DNA from: Gammaproteobacteria bacterium | GTDB lineage: Bacteria > Pseudomonadota > Gammaproteobacteria > Ga0077536 | Assembly (NCBI GenBank): GCA_963662545.2 | Contig: CAXXLL010000003.1 | Location: forward strand, 2,080,001-2,144,000 | Reading direction: 5' to 3' | Length of the DNA: 64,000 nucleotides | Shown: piece by piece, positions 30,337 through 41,128 of the stretch | How the letters are laid out: every line of letters starts with the position of its first letter | Numbering within the stretch: the first letter of the stretch is position 1 | Notes under the pieces: model-generated | Told to the model about the DNA's origin: nothing | What the model saw: only the letters and a program-made list of their open reading frames with translations | Database searches by the model: none | Program-made: the position numbers and the translations under genes

Positions 30337-32295
30337 ATGACCTAGCAAGCCCGGTCTGTACCGTCCGAACGGCAAATACCGACAACAAAGCTGCATGACT
30401 GGACGGAAGAGAAGTTCGCCGACGCCTATCAATGCGATCGGTTTACCGCCACCGTTCTCGGCAACCGCCTGCGCTATACCGTCGCGCATATGAGTACGGG
30501 TCTTATGTTCAGCTCGTTCTCTCCGATCATTCGCGATTGGTATGACTTCGCGATCACGGTTTCCGGGCCGCCCGACATGGACTACCTCATGCCGGCGGTC
30601 AGCAGCAGCCTGGTCGTGTTTCTTGGCACCATGGAAGACGCCGTTCGCAATACCGTCCAAGAATACGGACCGGAGAACCTGAAGCCCGGCGATGTCTTGG
30701 TCTGTAACGACCCCTACCGGGTCGGTACGCATGTCAATGATGTTTGCTTTATTCGCCCGGTGTTCTTCGAGGGTAAACTGATCGCTTTCGTCAATGTACG
30801 TGCTCACCAACTCGACATGGGCGGCGTGGTGCCGGGTGGTTTCAGCGGGACCAAGGCCAATGTCTACGAAAATGGTCTGGTACTGGGCCCGATGCTCTTG
30901 TTCGAGCACGACAAACCCGTGCGTTCAACCTTCAGCCTCGTTTTCGACAACACGCGTTTGGCGGCCTTACTGCAACCGGATTTCATGACCATGTTTCAGC
31001 AACTCCAGCTTGGAGAACGGTTGATCGTGGAGAGTATCGCGCGCTACGGCCTCGACGCCTTTCGCGGCACCATGCGTTACTGTTGTGACGCTTCTGCTGA
31101 AGCCATGCGCGATGCGTTTCAAAAATTACCCGATGGCGTTTATTACGCTGAAGAACAGTTGGACGCCGACGGCGCTGGTGACGACGAAGAGATCGTCGTG
31201 TGCGCGAAAATTACGAAGCTGGGGAGCCGGGTCGAAATTGACTTGAGCGGTTCATCCAGACAAGCGCGAACCTGTATTAACGCGGGCCCGCTGGATGCAA
31301 AAACTGCGATAGGGGCGGCATTCAAACTGCTGTTCGATCGTGAAACACCGTTTACCTCCGGTGCTTACCGCGACATAGACATCGTCGTACCCCCCGGCAC
31401 GATCTTGAGTGCAATGCCGCCGGACGGCGCCATCATGCTGTATTGGGAAGTCACCCAGGCGCTATTGACCGCAGTACTGCGCGAACTCGGAGCAGCACTC
31501 GGCGAAGATGCCTTTGGCGGCGATTACGGTTCAATCGCCGTGCACAATGCGCATGGCCTGCGTGCCGACGGCAGTGCCTGGACTAACGTCGGGACCTGCG
31601 GCGGCGAGCATGGCCCCTGGGGCGCGGACAAGAATCACGACGGTGACAGCTACACCGTAACCTACATGGTAAATGGGTTAGATCCAGCGACCGAGGCGAT
31701 AGAACAAGATTCGCCGGTGCTCATGCTGCGCAAGGAATATGCTATCGACACCGGCGGGGCCGGCTTGAATCGGGGCGGCGCGGGCGTCATCAAGGATACT
31801 TGCTGGTTAACCGATGCGGAGCATTACGCCATGCCCTTGCGGGTCAAGAAGGCGACGGGAAACGGCGCCTTCGGCGGTGCAGCGGGTCAGGTGGGCGCGG
31901 CATGGTTTTTCGAACCGGATTCGAAGGCTTTATCGGATGTTGGTTCGATGCTGCCGGTTGAGGATGGCGTTTATGAAGAGTCAACCCCGATCGCGGGCGT
32001 TCTCGATCCGACGACCAAGGCACTCGATTCGAGCGGCGAATACTTTTATTTCGCCCGAAAATCCGTCTGGCGTACTCAGGCGGGGGCGGTATCGCGCTAC
32101 GTGACTAATGGCGGCGGCGGTTGGGGCGAGCCGAAGGCACGGGACCCGGAGCGCGTCATGGCAGATGTTCGCAACGGTTACGTAAGCCTTACGAAGGCGC
32201 GCGAAATTTACGGCGTTGCGATCGAGGGCGATCCGGATCGGGATCCGGAAGGTCTAGTGTTGAATACGAAAGCCACGCAAAAGCTGAGGCAGTAA
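30337..32295 (+). CDS. Hydantoinase B/oxoprolinase-like subunit; predicted start ATG 30337 is followed by an in-frame TAG at codon 3
   Basis: FSPIIRD, GDVLVCNDPY..GTHVND, HQLDMGG, GGGGWGEP; conserved-looking DRFTATVLGNRL lies upstream of the track start (30490) in the same frame. Confidence 0.88.
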
Positions 32296-32379
32296 TTGGC
32301 GTCAGGCAGCAGCAATTGCAGCCGGACATTAACCTATCAATTGCCTTTCCTACCTTGGGCGGTGTCGCTCGCCGTTGAG

Positions 32380-32404
32380 CCATGACTTATTCAGAGGCTC
32401 CTTA
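32380..32404. repeat. Solo right end of the 23735-23901 MITE family
   Basis: CCATGACTTATTCAGAGGCTCCTTA. Confidence 0.65.
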
Positions 32405-32617
32405 GGGCCTTGCGATACTGATGCCGGCCATTAAAAGCCATTTTCGGCGCTGAGAATCGCAGTCCCAACGAGTTGGGTGCGCAGCATCCGAGGACGCCGT
32501 GCGCCGCTGATTACAGGGGTATGGATCAAAATCATGGACGCTCGATTACACGAAAAAGGGCGGTTATCCTTCTTCTATTCATGTGTAAAGCCTTCTTGCT
32601 CATCGGGTGATCCCTGA

Positions 32618-33928
32618 ATGTTAGAAACGGCGTATTTCCTCACCGCTTTGATCTCGCTCGGTATGGCGTGGGCTTTCGTGCGCGCGGATCCGGATTCGAG
32701 TACCAGCCGGGCTCTGGGAATCGCTCTTGCGATGACGGGCTTTGCCATCATCGGAAATAATCTGGTATTGGATATGGCTGTTGGCGGGCCCTTGCCAGGT
32801 TGGGCCGGTGTACTTGTCGTCCCGGAAGTCATCGCGTTTTGTGCGGTGTTTGAATGGGTGCACCGCGTTCGCCGCACGATCCCGGCAGGCGAACTCAAGA
32901 CCCTGTTTGGCGATAATTCGATTCGTATCGCGCAGGGCCTGGTCATTATTTATGGCATTGCTTCTTGTCGGTATCCCGATCTGCGCATGCGCGAGTTTTT
33001 CGGTGGTATACATAATCCGCTGGACTGGTCCGGACCTGTAATCGTGATGTTCGCTGTGCCTTTGAGTCTTGCGATGTTGTTATGGGCCGGTTCCATCCTC
33101 CTGTGTCTGAATCGGCGCCCGGATCCGGCCGAACGCGTGCGGCTGGTTGCATTCCTTCTCGCTTGTCCGTTGATAGTGGTGGGACTGGTACTACCAAGAT
33201 CGATATCACCCACGACGACAACCCTTGGTCTCATCGTGCTCCTGGGGGGGGCCATGCGCCATGCGCAATTGCACGGCCGTCGCGGTTTATTCATGAGCCG
33301 CTTTCTGTCGCCTCAGGTAGCATCGCTGGTGAATCGAGAAGGCCTACGCAAAGCGATGCAGGAAGACTGCCTTGAGCTCTCGGTCGTGTGTTGTGATTTG
33401 CGTGGGTTCACGGCGTTCGCCGGGGCGAATACCTCAGAGCAAGTGATTCAATTGTTGCGCGAATACTATGATGCGGTGGGCGCCGTCGTTCTTGAGGTCG
33501 AGGGTACGATCAAAGATTACGCGGGCGACGGGGTCTTGATCTTGATCGGAGCGCCGGTGCGTATGGACGATCATGCGCAACGCGCGGTGCGGTTGGCCGA
33601 TCGTATTCGAGAGGTCGTGACCGAGGTGACCATTAAATGGGGCCGCAAAGAATATCCGCTCGGTGTCGGCGTTGGCGTGGCGAGTGGTCCCGTTACCGTT
33701 GGCATCATTGGCGGTGAGGGCCGGCTGGAATACGCGGCAGTCGGTTTGGCGGTAAACCTTGCATCACGGCTTTGCGAGCAAGCAAAACCCGAAGAAGTTC
33801 TGGTCGATCGCAACACGTTCGAGGTGTTTGAAGATCAGGCCGGCGCAGGGTTTGAACCTCGCGATCCGTTGACACTAAAGGGCTTCCGGGATCCGGTGGC
33901 GACTTTCGCGCTGGGAGGGATCTCATGA
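32618..33928 (+). CDS. Membrane-bound class III adenylate/guanylate cyclase
   Basis: About 7 TM helices, then CDLRGFT, IKDYAGDGV, GVGVASG, VNLASRL. Confidence 0.92.
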   Translation: MLETAYFLTALISLGMAWAFVRADPDSSTSRALGIALAMTGFAIIGNNLVLDMAVGGPLPGWAGVLVVPEVIAFCAVFEWVHRVRRTIPAGELKTLFGDNSIRIAQGLVIIYGIASCRYPDLRMREFFGGIHNPLDWSGPVIVMFAVPLSLAMLLWAGSILLCLNRRPDPAERVRLVAFLLACPLIVVGLVLPRSISPTTTTLGLIVLLGGAMRHAQLHGRRGLFMSRFLSPQVASLVNREGLRKAMQEDCLELSVVCCDLRGFTAFAGANTSEQVIQLLREYYDAVGAVVLEVEGTIKDYAGDGVLILIGAPVRMDDHAQRAVRLADRIREVVTEVTIKWGRKEYPLGVGVGVASGPVTVGIIGGEGRLEYAAVGLAVNLASRLCEQAKPEEVLVDRNTFEVFEDQAGAGFEPRDPLTLKGFRDPVATFALGGIS

Positions 33929-34068
33929 CGAAGCAGAAGCGATACAAACGATCTAGAAGGATGCATGAATCCAGTTCGACCGTGCGGGGGGGGATTGTCC
34001 TCGATAGTGTCGAGGTGAAGCGTGTAACTGGAAATTGATTCCTCGATTCGATCGCCGGGTGTTGACGC

Positions 34069-35058
34069 ATGCAATATTTGAACGAATGCCCGCTTTGTTC
34101 GAACCCCGAGCTCGAGCTGGTTCATCGTCCCAACAACTTGCAAAATCCCGAGGCCCGAGGAGAGGTGCCGGCGGAGTGGGGCAGAAGCGATTACTCTTTT
34201 TGCAGCCGCTGCGGTCTGATCTCGGCCCGGCAACGTCAGGATCCCGGCTCGGTTGCTGATTTCTACGATGAGTTCAAGAGACTCGAGCGCCGCCACTACG
34301 TCACTTATCCGCTGCCAGAGAAGTACATCGAGAATCAGACTGTGCTGGCGAACGGACTCTTTGAGGCCTCCGCCGCGCGCACGAAACATCTCGAAGAACC
34401 TGTCGTCCTCAACCTCAGGTCCGAGTGCGGCATCGTGCTCGAGCGCTTCAGGCGTGGCCTGGCAACTGAGCAGGTCTACGCGCTGGATCACTTCGAAACG
34501 AACTGCCGCTACGCCACTGAGGATCTGCATCTTCCTCACGTTGCCGTGCTTATGCCCGGGACTCCGAACATACCCGAGTCGTGGCCGCCGCGCTACGATC
34601 TCGTCCTCGCGAACCACATGTTGACGCACGCTCTCGATCTCCGTCGCTGCATGGAGATCTTGAAGGCGCTGCTGAAGCCCGGGGGCATGCTCCTCTGCTA
34701 CAACGAAATCGACCACGCGAAGATGCTTCTACGCCACGGAGTTTACAAACGCGGCCTCAACAGCTTCCACACCCAACTCTTCTCCCCTAAGAGCTTCGAG
34801 AACCTGTTTCGGGTGTGTGGACTTGAGCTCGTTCACCTGCGATCAATACCGGGAATTCAATGGGCGGTGCCCTATCACAGTATGATCGTCATCGCCACAG
34901 CTGGCGCTCCGCCGTCTGGGCTTATCGGTGATCATGAAAGTTACCGTGACACGTTCAAGGACTGGGAGCGGAGACGCGAGTCTTCAAGGCGGTCGATCGT
35001 TTCGCGCGCGAAACGCGGGTTGAAGTCGCTATTACAGCGGGCTACTCCGTCTTCGTGA
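34069..35058 (+). CDS. Class I SAM-dependent methyltransferase-like protein with N-terminal Zn ribbon
   Basis: CPLC...CSRCGL; YDLVLANHMLTH; LLKPGGML; SAM motif I is atypical. Confidence 0.7.
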   Translation: MQYLNECPLCSNPELELVHRPNNLQNPEARGEVPAEWGRSDYSFCSRCGLISARQRQDPGSVADFYDEFKRLERRHYVTYPLPEKYIENQTVLANGLFEASAARTKHLEEPVVLNLRSECGIVLERFRRGLATEQVYALDHFETNCRYATEDLHLPHVAVLMPGTPNIPESWPPRYDLVLANHMLTHALDLRRCMEILKALLKPGGMLLCYNEIDHAKMLLRHGVYKRGLNSFHTQLFSPKSFENLFRVCGLELVHLRSIPGIQWAVPYHSMIVIATAGAPPSGLIGDHESYRDTFKDWERRRESSRRSIVSRAKRGLKSLLQRATPSS

Positions 35059-35153
35059 CGCCAGCTAAGGCACGCGAAGGCGGACACGGCCTCGACGCGG
35101 TTCCGACGATACGGGCACGGTTTACTTAACGACACTCGAACCATGAGATTGCG

Positions 35154-36333
35154 ATGAACAGCGCGACCACCCAAGCATGTATTGTTGGCGTCGGCGAAAC
35201 GGCCTACACCCGTTGGGGCCAGATGAGCGATCGGGGCGAATGGCAATTGGCCTGCGAAGCTGTTATCAACGCCGTGACGGACGCCGGTCTCGATATTGAC
35301 CAGATCGATGGGCTGGCGTCCTTCTCGAACGATACAAGTCTGCCGTGGCTGATGCAGCAGGCACTCGGACTCCCGCGGCTCGGTTTTACCTCCATGGTCT
35401 GGGGTGGCGGTGGTACGGGCACTTGCGGTGCTATCGCCCATGCTGCCGCCGCGGTCGAATCCGGCCAGGGCCACCTATGTCGCTGTTTTACGCTCTCTGT
35501 GCCAGCTTGAAGGCCATCGCTATGGCCAGTATGGGGGCTTTAGTGATCTACCCCATCTCAGTTTCATGGTGCCGTTTGGAATGTTTTCGCCGCCGATCAT
35601 GATCGCGCCGCTGGTACAACGCTATGTTCACGAATTCGGAGCGCAGCCGGAGCACTTTGGTGAGGTCGCCCTCGTCTGCCGGGAGAATGCCCGCCGCAAC
35701 CCCCGTGCGGTAATGGGCGATCGCGCGCTGACCATGCATGATTACTTGAACTCTAGGATGATTTCAGAGCCGCTTCGTTTGTACGACTGCTGCCAGGAGA
35801 ATGACGGCGCGTGTGCGTTGATCGTAACGACGCTGGAACGTGCGCGCGACCTGCGCCAAAAACCGGTCCTGATCCTGGCTGCGGCTCAAGGTGGTTCAGC
35901 CGGCTGGGGCGATGGCGCCTTGGGGTCGCACAATATGCCAATTGAAGAGTATGGATTAGGTAATGGTGCAAGCTTGGCGAAGGAGTTGTATCAACGGGCC
36001 GGTGTATCACCTAAGGATGTCGATGTAGTGCAGGTCTATGACCACTTCACGGGTTGTGTGCTCATGACATTGGAGAACTTCGGCTTCTGTGGGCGAGGAG
36101 AAGCCGGGCCTTTTGTTGCTGACGGCAATATTCGCTGGCCAAACGGAAGCCTGCCGCTCAACACCTCGGGTGGCCATCTTTCCGAAGCTTACATTCACGG
36201 CCTCAATCTCGCGGTAGAGGGGGTACGGCAACTACGCGGAGAATCAAGCTCGCAGGTAGACAAAGCCGAAGTCTGTTTGGTGACGGCCGGGCTCACGGCC
36301 TCGCCCGTGAGCGCGGCCTTGCTGGGAGTGTAA
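35154..36333 (+). pseudogene. SCP2-type thiolase/lipid-transfer protein (Ltp2-like), frameshifted by one extra G near 35468-35470
   Basis: ACIVGVGET...AAAAVESGQ joins ATYVAV...CCQENDGA...YDHF...PLNTSGGHLSEAYIHG if one G of GGG is removed. Confidence 0.85.
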
Positions 36334-36335
36334 GC

Positions 36336-36758
36336 TTGGCCTACCTATCGAAGGACACCCCGGGCCCAACTCCAAATTTGGCCGACCAGGTATTCTGGGA
36401 CTACTGTCAGCAGCGCGAATTACGTTTTCAGCGCTGCCCTGCTTGCCGTCGTTTTCGGCATCCGCCTACACCCGTCTGTCCTTCCTGCCGATCGTTCGAA
36501 ATAGAGTGGGTGCAGGCCACGGATATCGGAGTCGTATTCAGTTTCACCATCGTTCATTACGCGGCCCACGCGTCTATCAAATCAGTCGTGCCCTACAATG
36601 TGGCCATCATAGATTTCCCGGAGTGTGGCCATGCACGCCTCGTCAGTAACGTGATTGACGTGGGCCCGACGGAAATGCACATCGGCATGCAGGTCTCGCT
36701 CGTATGGGAAATGGCCGGAAATGACATGCTGGTGCCACGGTTTCGTAAAAAGATCTGA
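36336..36758 (+). CDS. DUF35 Zn-ribbon/OB-fold protein (thiolase partner)
   Basis: QRCPAC...HPP...CPSC, G.VFSFTIVH, PYNVAII. Confidence 0.9.
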   Translation: MAYLSKDTPGPTPNLADQVFWDYCQQRELRFQRCPACRRFRHPPTPVCPSCRSFEIEWVQATDIGVVFSFTIVHYAAHASIKSVVPYNVAIIDFPECGHARLVSNVIDVGPTEMHIGMQVSLVWEMAGNDMLVPRFRKKI

Positions 36759-36807
36759 GAGTCGAAAGAGCAATTGTTCGGAATACCTTTCCAGGAGTCC
36801 AACCGAC

Positions 36808-37146
36808 ATGTCGTCAATCGTCAAAACGCCCGAGCCGCCGTATTACGCCGTGATATTCACCGTAACGCATACCGATGACATTAAAGGCTACCTGGAGAAG
36901 GCCGAAGAGATGGCTGCACTCGCATCGACGATGCCGGGCTTCATCGGCGTCGAAGCGGCCGAAATGGAATCCGGCGGCGAAGTCTCGGTGACCTACTGGC
37001 GGGACGAAGAATCGATCCGTCATTGGAAAGCGAACGCCGATCATCTCGTCGCCCAGAAACTGGGGCGGGAGCGTTGGTTCGAAAGCTACGCCATTCGCGT
37101 CGCGAAGGTCGAGCGCGCGTACGACTTTGCGCGGCAGAGCGAATAA
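36808..37146 (+). CDS. Antibiotic biosynthesis monooxygenase (ABM) family protein
   Basis: PPYYAVIFT, PGFIGVE, YWRDEESIRHWK..H..AQ..GR..W; AGGAG RBS. Confidence 0.9.
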   Translation: MSSIVKTPEPPYYAVIFTVTHTDDIKGYLEKAEEMAALASTMPGFIGVEAAEMESGGEVSVTYWRDEESIRHWKANADHLVAQKLGRERWFESYAIRVAKVERAYDFARQSE

Positions 37147-37379
37147 TTCTCTCGCCGATACTTCGACCACGATAAACGATGCGAAAAGGCAAGCACCGGT
37201 TCCAGGCGACAGACTTTAGTAATGTGGACAGACGGCGGTTTGTATGCCCGTAGAGCGGCTTAGGGAGCGTAAGCCGTTATTCGCCCAATATTCAATGTGA
37301 GGCGTGAACACTCGGTCCCAGGCGTTATCCGATGGAATGCCTGTCAACGAATAGAAGTTCAGGCTAGCCGATCCATCAC

Positions 37380-37644
37380 AGAGTACATTGTCACGTTCCA
37401 AAAGACGCCAGAGAGCATAAGTCACCGCCAGTACTGCACTAAATGCGGTGGGCATTTGATGATCAGTCATCCAACTTTCGGGCTGTTTGATGTGTATGCA
37501 GCAACTTTGCCAACACTGAAGTTTATTCCCAGTTTTCACGTCAACTATTCAGAGTCGGTGCTAGCCATAAAGGACGGACTCCCAAAGTTCCGCGATTTCC
37601 CGAGCGAGCTCGGCGGATCGGGGGAACACGTACCGGAGCTCTAG
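37380..37644 (+). pseudogene. C-terminal fragment of a GFA-family protein
   Basis: SHRQYCTKCGGHL...HVNYSESVL..KDGLPKFRDFP.ELGGSGE; N-terminal CxC and CHC motifs absent. Confidence 0.7.
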
Positions 37645-37758
37645 GCGCGAGCTACGCTGCCCCAGCGACGCCTTGCGGGCTTAGTTCGTAGCAAGCGTTC
37701 GCCTGGGGTCGGCAGCTGTGAGCCCGAATGCGGGCCTGTTTCGGTTGGAGTAATTTGG

Positions 37759-38526
37759 ATGCGGAGAGGTGGCGTGAACAAGGTAGATAGCGAAAGGATC
37801 GATGACTGCGTTCGGATCCGCTTGTCGTCCGGCGATACTAATGTGCTGACCACAGATGTCATAAGGGACCTGTCAGCGGCGCTGGAAGATGCCGAGCATA
37901 GTGCCCAAGGTGTGATGCTTTGTGGTGGCGAAAAGTTCTTCTCAAACGGCGTCGATCTTGAATGGGCCCTGTCACAGTCGAGTGCGGAGATGCGCACAAT
38001 GTTTCTCGAACTGGGTCACTGCATCCTAAAGGTCATGGAATCTCCGTTGCCTGTCGTCGGGGTCATTAAAGGGCATGCAATTGGCGGGGCGCTGGCGCTT
38101 CTTCTCGCCTGTGACTATCGCTACGGAGCAACAGGGCGGGTGCTGCTCGGTAAACCCGAAATTCTGCTCGGTGTCCCAAACCCCTACTTTGGCGATCAAT
38201 TGTTACGCTTTATAGCAGGGGATTTTATTGCCTCAGACTTGATTTACAGCGGAAAGCTGGTTTCAGCCGACGAAGCCACCGCACTCAACATGATTCACGG
38301 CGTTGAGACGAAAGAGAAAATTGAAGATGTTGCTTGGAAGCAGCTGATGTTCCTGATCGGTCTCGCCCCGGAAGCATTCGCTGAGTCGAAACGCATGCGA
38401 ACCGGACGCTTTTGCTCCGATGTCAGAGCACAAATGTCGGCCCGTGTAGCGCGCCAAGTCGAGATCTGGAGCAGCGCAGACGCCCAGGCACGGTTACACG
38501 ACGCGGCGAAGCGGCTTTCTCGCTAA
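37759..38526 (+). CDS. Enoyl-CoA hydratase/isomerase (delta-isomerase-like)
   Basis: KFFSNGVDL, GHAIGGA, ACDYR, PEILLG. Confidence 0.88.
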   Translation: MRRGGVNKVDSERIDDCVRIRLSSGDTNVLTTDVIRDLSAALEDAEHSAQGVMLCGGEKFFSNGVDLEWALSQSSAEMRTMFLELGHCILKVMESPLPVVGVIKGHAIGGALALLLACDYRYGATGRVLLGKPEILLGVPNPYFGDQLLRFIAGDFIASDLIYSGKLVSADEATALNMIHGVETKEKIEDVAWKQLMFLIGLAPEAFAESKRMRTGRFCSDVRAQMSARVARQVEIWSSADAQARLHDAAKRLSR

Positions 38527-38643
38527 CCGAATAATATTCTGGGGTCGGAGGCACCTCAGGGCGAGCCTGCCAGGAATTTTGTGTTTATGAGCCGGTTCAT
38601 CGATCGGTTACCACGAAGTGTCTGAGTAAATTCCGCGATGCGT

Positions 38644-39951
38644 CTACCCCTCTTCAACCACGGGTACTGTTGTTACATTCACCTGACCTGCGTCACGATC
38701 GTTGAAGACACTTAAGTCCATCGAACCTTCGCTCTTAGCGATAATGCAGGTCACGGCACAGTCGCCGGTGACGTTGCAGGCGGTGCGCATCATGTCCAAC
38801 AGCCGATCCACACCGATGATCAACGCGATCCCCTCGACCGGCAAGCCGACTTGATTGAGCACCATGGTCAACATGACGAGCCCCACACCTGGCACAGCGG
38901 CCGTACCGATCGAGGCGAGGGTGGCGGTCAGGACCACCATAAGATAGTCCGCAACGCCTAAGTCGACGCCGTATACATTCGCAATGAAGACTGTCGCCAC
39001 GCCCTGCATGATGGCCGTGCCGTCCATATTGATGGTGGCCCCGAGCGGCACGGTGAACGACGACACCGTGTCTTTGACCCCCATTTTCACTTCCGTCGTG
39101 CGCAGTGTTATCGGAATCGTCGCCCCAGAGCTTGCAGTTGAGAACGCGAACGTCGCTGGGTCACGCATCTTGCGCAGGAAGGTCAACGGATTGAGGTTCA
39201 CCAGGCCCTTCAGCAACGTCGGGTAGACGCAGAACGCGTGTACACCGAGGGCCAAGGTCAAGGTTAGAAAATAGCCGATGAGGGGCCCGATGAGATCGAT
39301 GCCCTGGGTCGCAAAGGTCCGGGTGATCAACGCAAACACGCCGTATGGCGCGAGACCCATGATGATCTCGACCATTTTCATGATGATCACGTCCAGATCC
39401 TTGAAGACGTCGAGCACGTGCTTACCGCGCTCTCCGGACAAGGTGATGGCGATGCCAAACAACAGCGCGAAGACGATGATCTGCAGCATGTTGGCCGAGG
39501 CCATCGCCTCGATCGGATTTGACGGCACCATATCTATGAATACTTCAGCGAGCGGCGGCGCCTCCTTGCCCTTGAACGCCACCTCTTGAACGCCGGCATC
39601 CAGGCCCGCGCCCGGCGCGAACGAAATCGCCAATGTCAATGCAATGGTGATCGCGATGGCCGTGGTCAGCAAATAAAGCGTAATGGCCTTGACGCTCATG
39701 CGTCCCAACGCGGCTAGATTGCCCAACGACGTGACCCCGCCGACCAGTGACACGAACACCAAGGGCACCACGAGCATCTTCAGCGATGCGATGAAGATGG
39801 ATCCCACGACGTAGAGCAACCCATCGATCACGTAATCCCTGATAATGCCGGTGTCACCGACGAACAGATTGATCAATACGCCCAACACGGCGCCTACCGC
39901 CATGCCGATTATGATTTTTTTGGTCAGACTGGTCGTTTTAGGTTCTGCCAA
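38644..39951 (-). CDS. Dicarboxylate/amino acid:cation symporter (DAACS, GltP-like)
   Basis: LKMLVVPLVF, FSTASSGATIP, PLGATINMDGT, SIGTAAVPG, DRLLDMMRTACNVTGD. Confidence 0.96.
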   Translation of the reverse strand: MAEPKTTSLTKKIIIGMAVGAVLGVLINLFVGDTGIIRDYVIDGLLYVVGSIFIASLKMLVVPLVFVSLVGGVTSLGNLAALGRMSVKAITLYLLTTAIAITIALTLAISFAPGAGLDAGVQEVAFKGKEAPPLAEVFIDMVPSNPIEAMASANMLQIIVFALLFGIAITLSGERGKHVLDVFKDLDVIIMKMVEIIMGLAPYGVFALITRTFATQGIDLIGPLIGYFLTLTLALGVHAFCVYPTLLKGLVNLNPLTFLRKMRDPATFAFSTASSGATIPITLRTTEVKMGVKDTVSSFTVPLGATINMDGTAIMQGVATVFIANVYGVDLGVADYLMVVLTATLASIGTAAVPGVGLVMLTMVLNQVGLPVEGIALIIGVDRLLDMMRTACNVTGDCAVTCIIAKSEGSMDLSVFNDRDAGQVNVTTVPVVEEG

Positions 39952-40131
39952 TGGGGTACTCCTGCCGCGCTGTGACGCATCGCCGCTCGAAATCCGAATT
40001 CGGCGACACTAACGAAGCGTCGAGGCCGCTGCAAGCATAATCCGGCCCCGTATCGACGGGAGGCGGGCAATGTCGATATCATTACGAATGGCTCGAATGC
40101 GAGTCGTATTTCTCATTGACGGGTACCAACC

Positions 40132-40683
40132 ATGCAACGATTCGGCTCTGTAATCGTAAGTTCGTTAACGATGTGGTTTCTGCGTGCCGCTGCGATGGCG
40201 CTATTGGCGTCTCAAACGTTCGCCGCGGACTTGCAAATCGGTGATGCTGCGCCGGACTTTAATATGCAAGGATCGGACGATAAGGTGCACAAGCTATCCG
40301 ACTATCGCGGGCAGACAGTCGTCCTCGCCTGGTTTCCGAAAGCGTTCACCGAGGGCTGAACCCTCGAGTGTAAATCGCTCCGTGAGAGTGGTGCCGAAAT
40401 AAAATCCTTCGAGGTCGCTTATTTCATGGCGAGCACGGACGATGCGAATATCAATCGGAAGTTTGCCGAGGCGAACGAGGCCGATTTTCCGGTGCTGAGT
40501 GATCCCGACAGGCATGTGGCGGAGGCGTTTGGCGTTCTATCGGACGTCGGTTATGCCTCACGCTGGACCTATTACATCGACCGCGACGGCAAGATCGCGT
40601 ATGTCGACAAGCGCGTGAAAGCGTTGACTGCCGGGCAGGATATCGCCAAACGATTGGAAACATTGGGTGTGCCTAAAAAATAG
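40132..40683 (+). CDS. Peroxiredoxin (BCP/PrxQ-like) selenoprotein with signal peptide
   Basis: GDAAPDF...WFPKAFTEG-TGA(40357-59)-TLECKSLRE; the TGA is at the peroxidatic PxxxTxxC position; hairpin ATCGCTC[CGTGA]GAGTGGT downstream. Confidence 0.92.
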
Positions 40684-40695
40684 TGGAGAACCACG

Positions 40696-41118
40696 ATGTC
40701 GAAAAATGACAAAACCGTAACGATGGTCAAAGATGCTATTCACAACCCTGCCGATGCGCGCCATTTCATGCGCCTAGGTCGCCCCGAATACACCATCTCG
40801 GCGACCGTCAACGGCACCGAACTCGCGCGCTCGTCGCGAGCGCTCAAGCTCAAAGAGGTGGGATACGACATCTACGACCCGGTCATCTATTTTCCGCGCG
40901 ACGACGTGCAGATGGATCGTTTACAGAAAAATGAAAAATCCACACACTGTCCGCTCAAAGGCGATACTGAATATTTCGACGCGGTCACGGATAAAGGCAC
41001 GGTCGATAACGCGGCCTGGTCCTACGATCGCGCCATCGAGATCGCCAAAGAAATTGAGAATTACATCGGCTTCGACGTGCGTTACACGCAGATCGTCGAA
41101 CATACCGTGCAGAGTTAA
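40696..41118 (+). CDS. DUF427 domain protein
   Basis: VIYFPRDDV, THCPLKGDTEYF, NAAWSY. Confidence 0.9.
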   Translation: MSKNDKTVTMVKDAIHNPADARHFMRLGRPEYTISATVNGTELARSSRALKLKEVGYDIYDPVIYFPRDDVQMDRLQKNEKSTHCPLKGDTEYFDAVTDKGTVDNAAWSYDRAIEIAKEIENYIGFDVRYTQIVEHTVQS

Positions 41119-41128
41119 TGGCGAGCTA

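Noticed and set aside
30343-30345. TAG as pyrrolysine or a reassigned stop
   Set aside because: Non-catalytic position; TAG ends many genes in the window normally; no pyl genes seen
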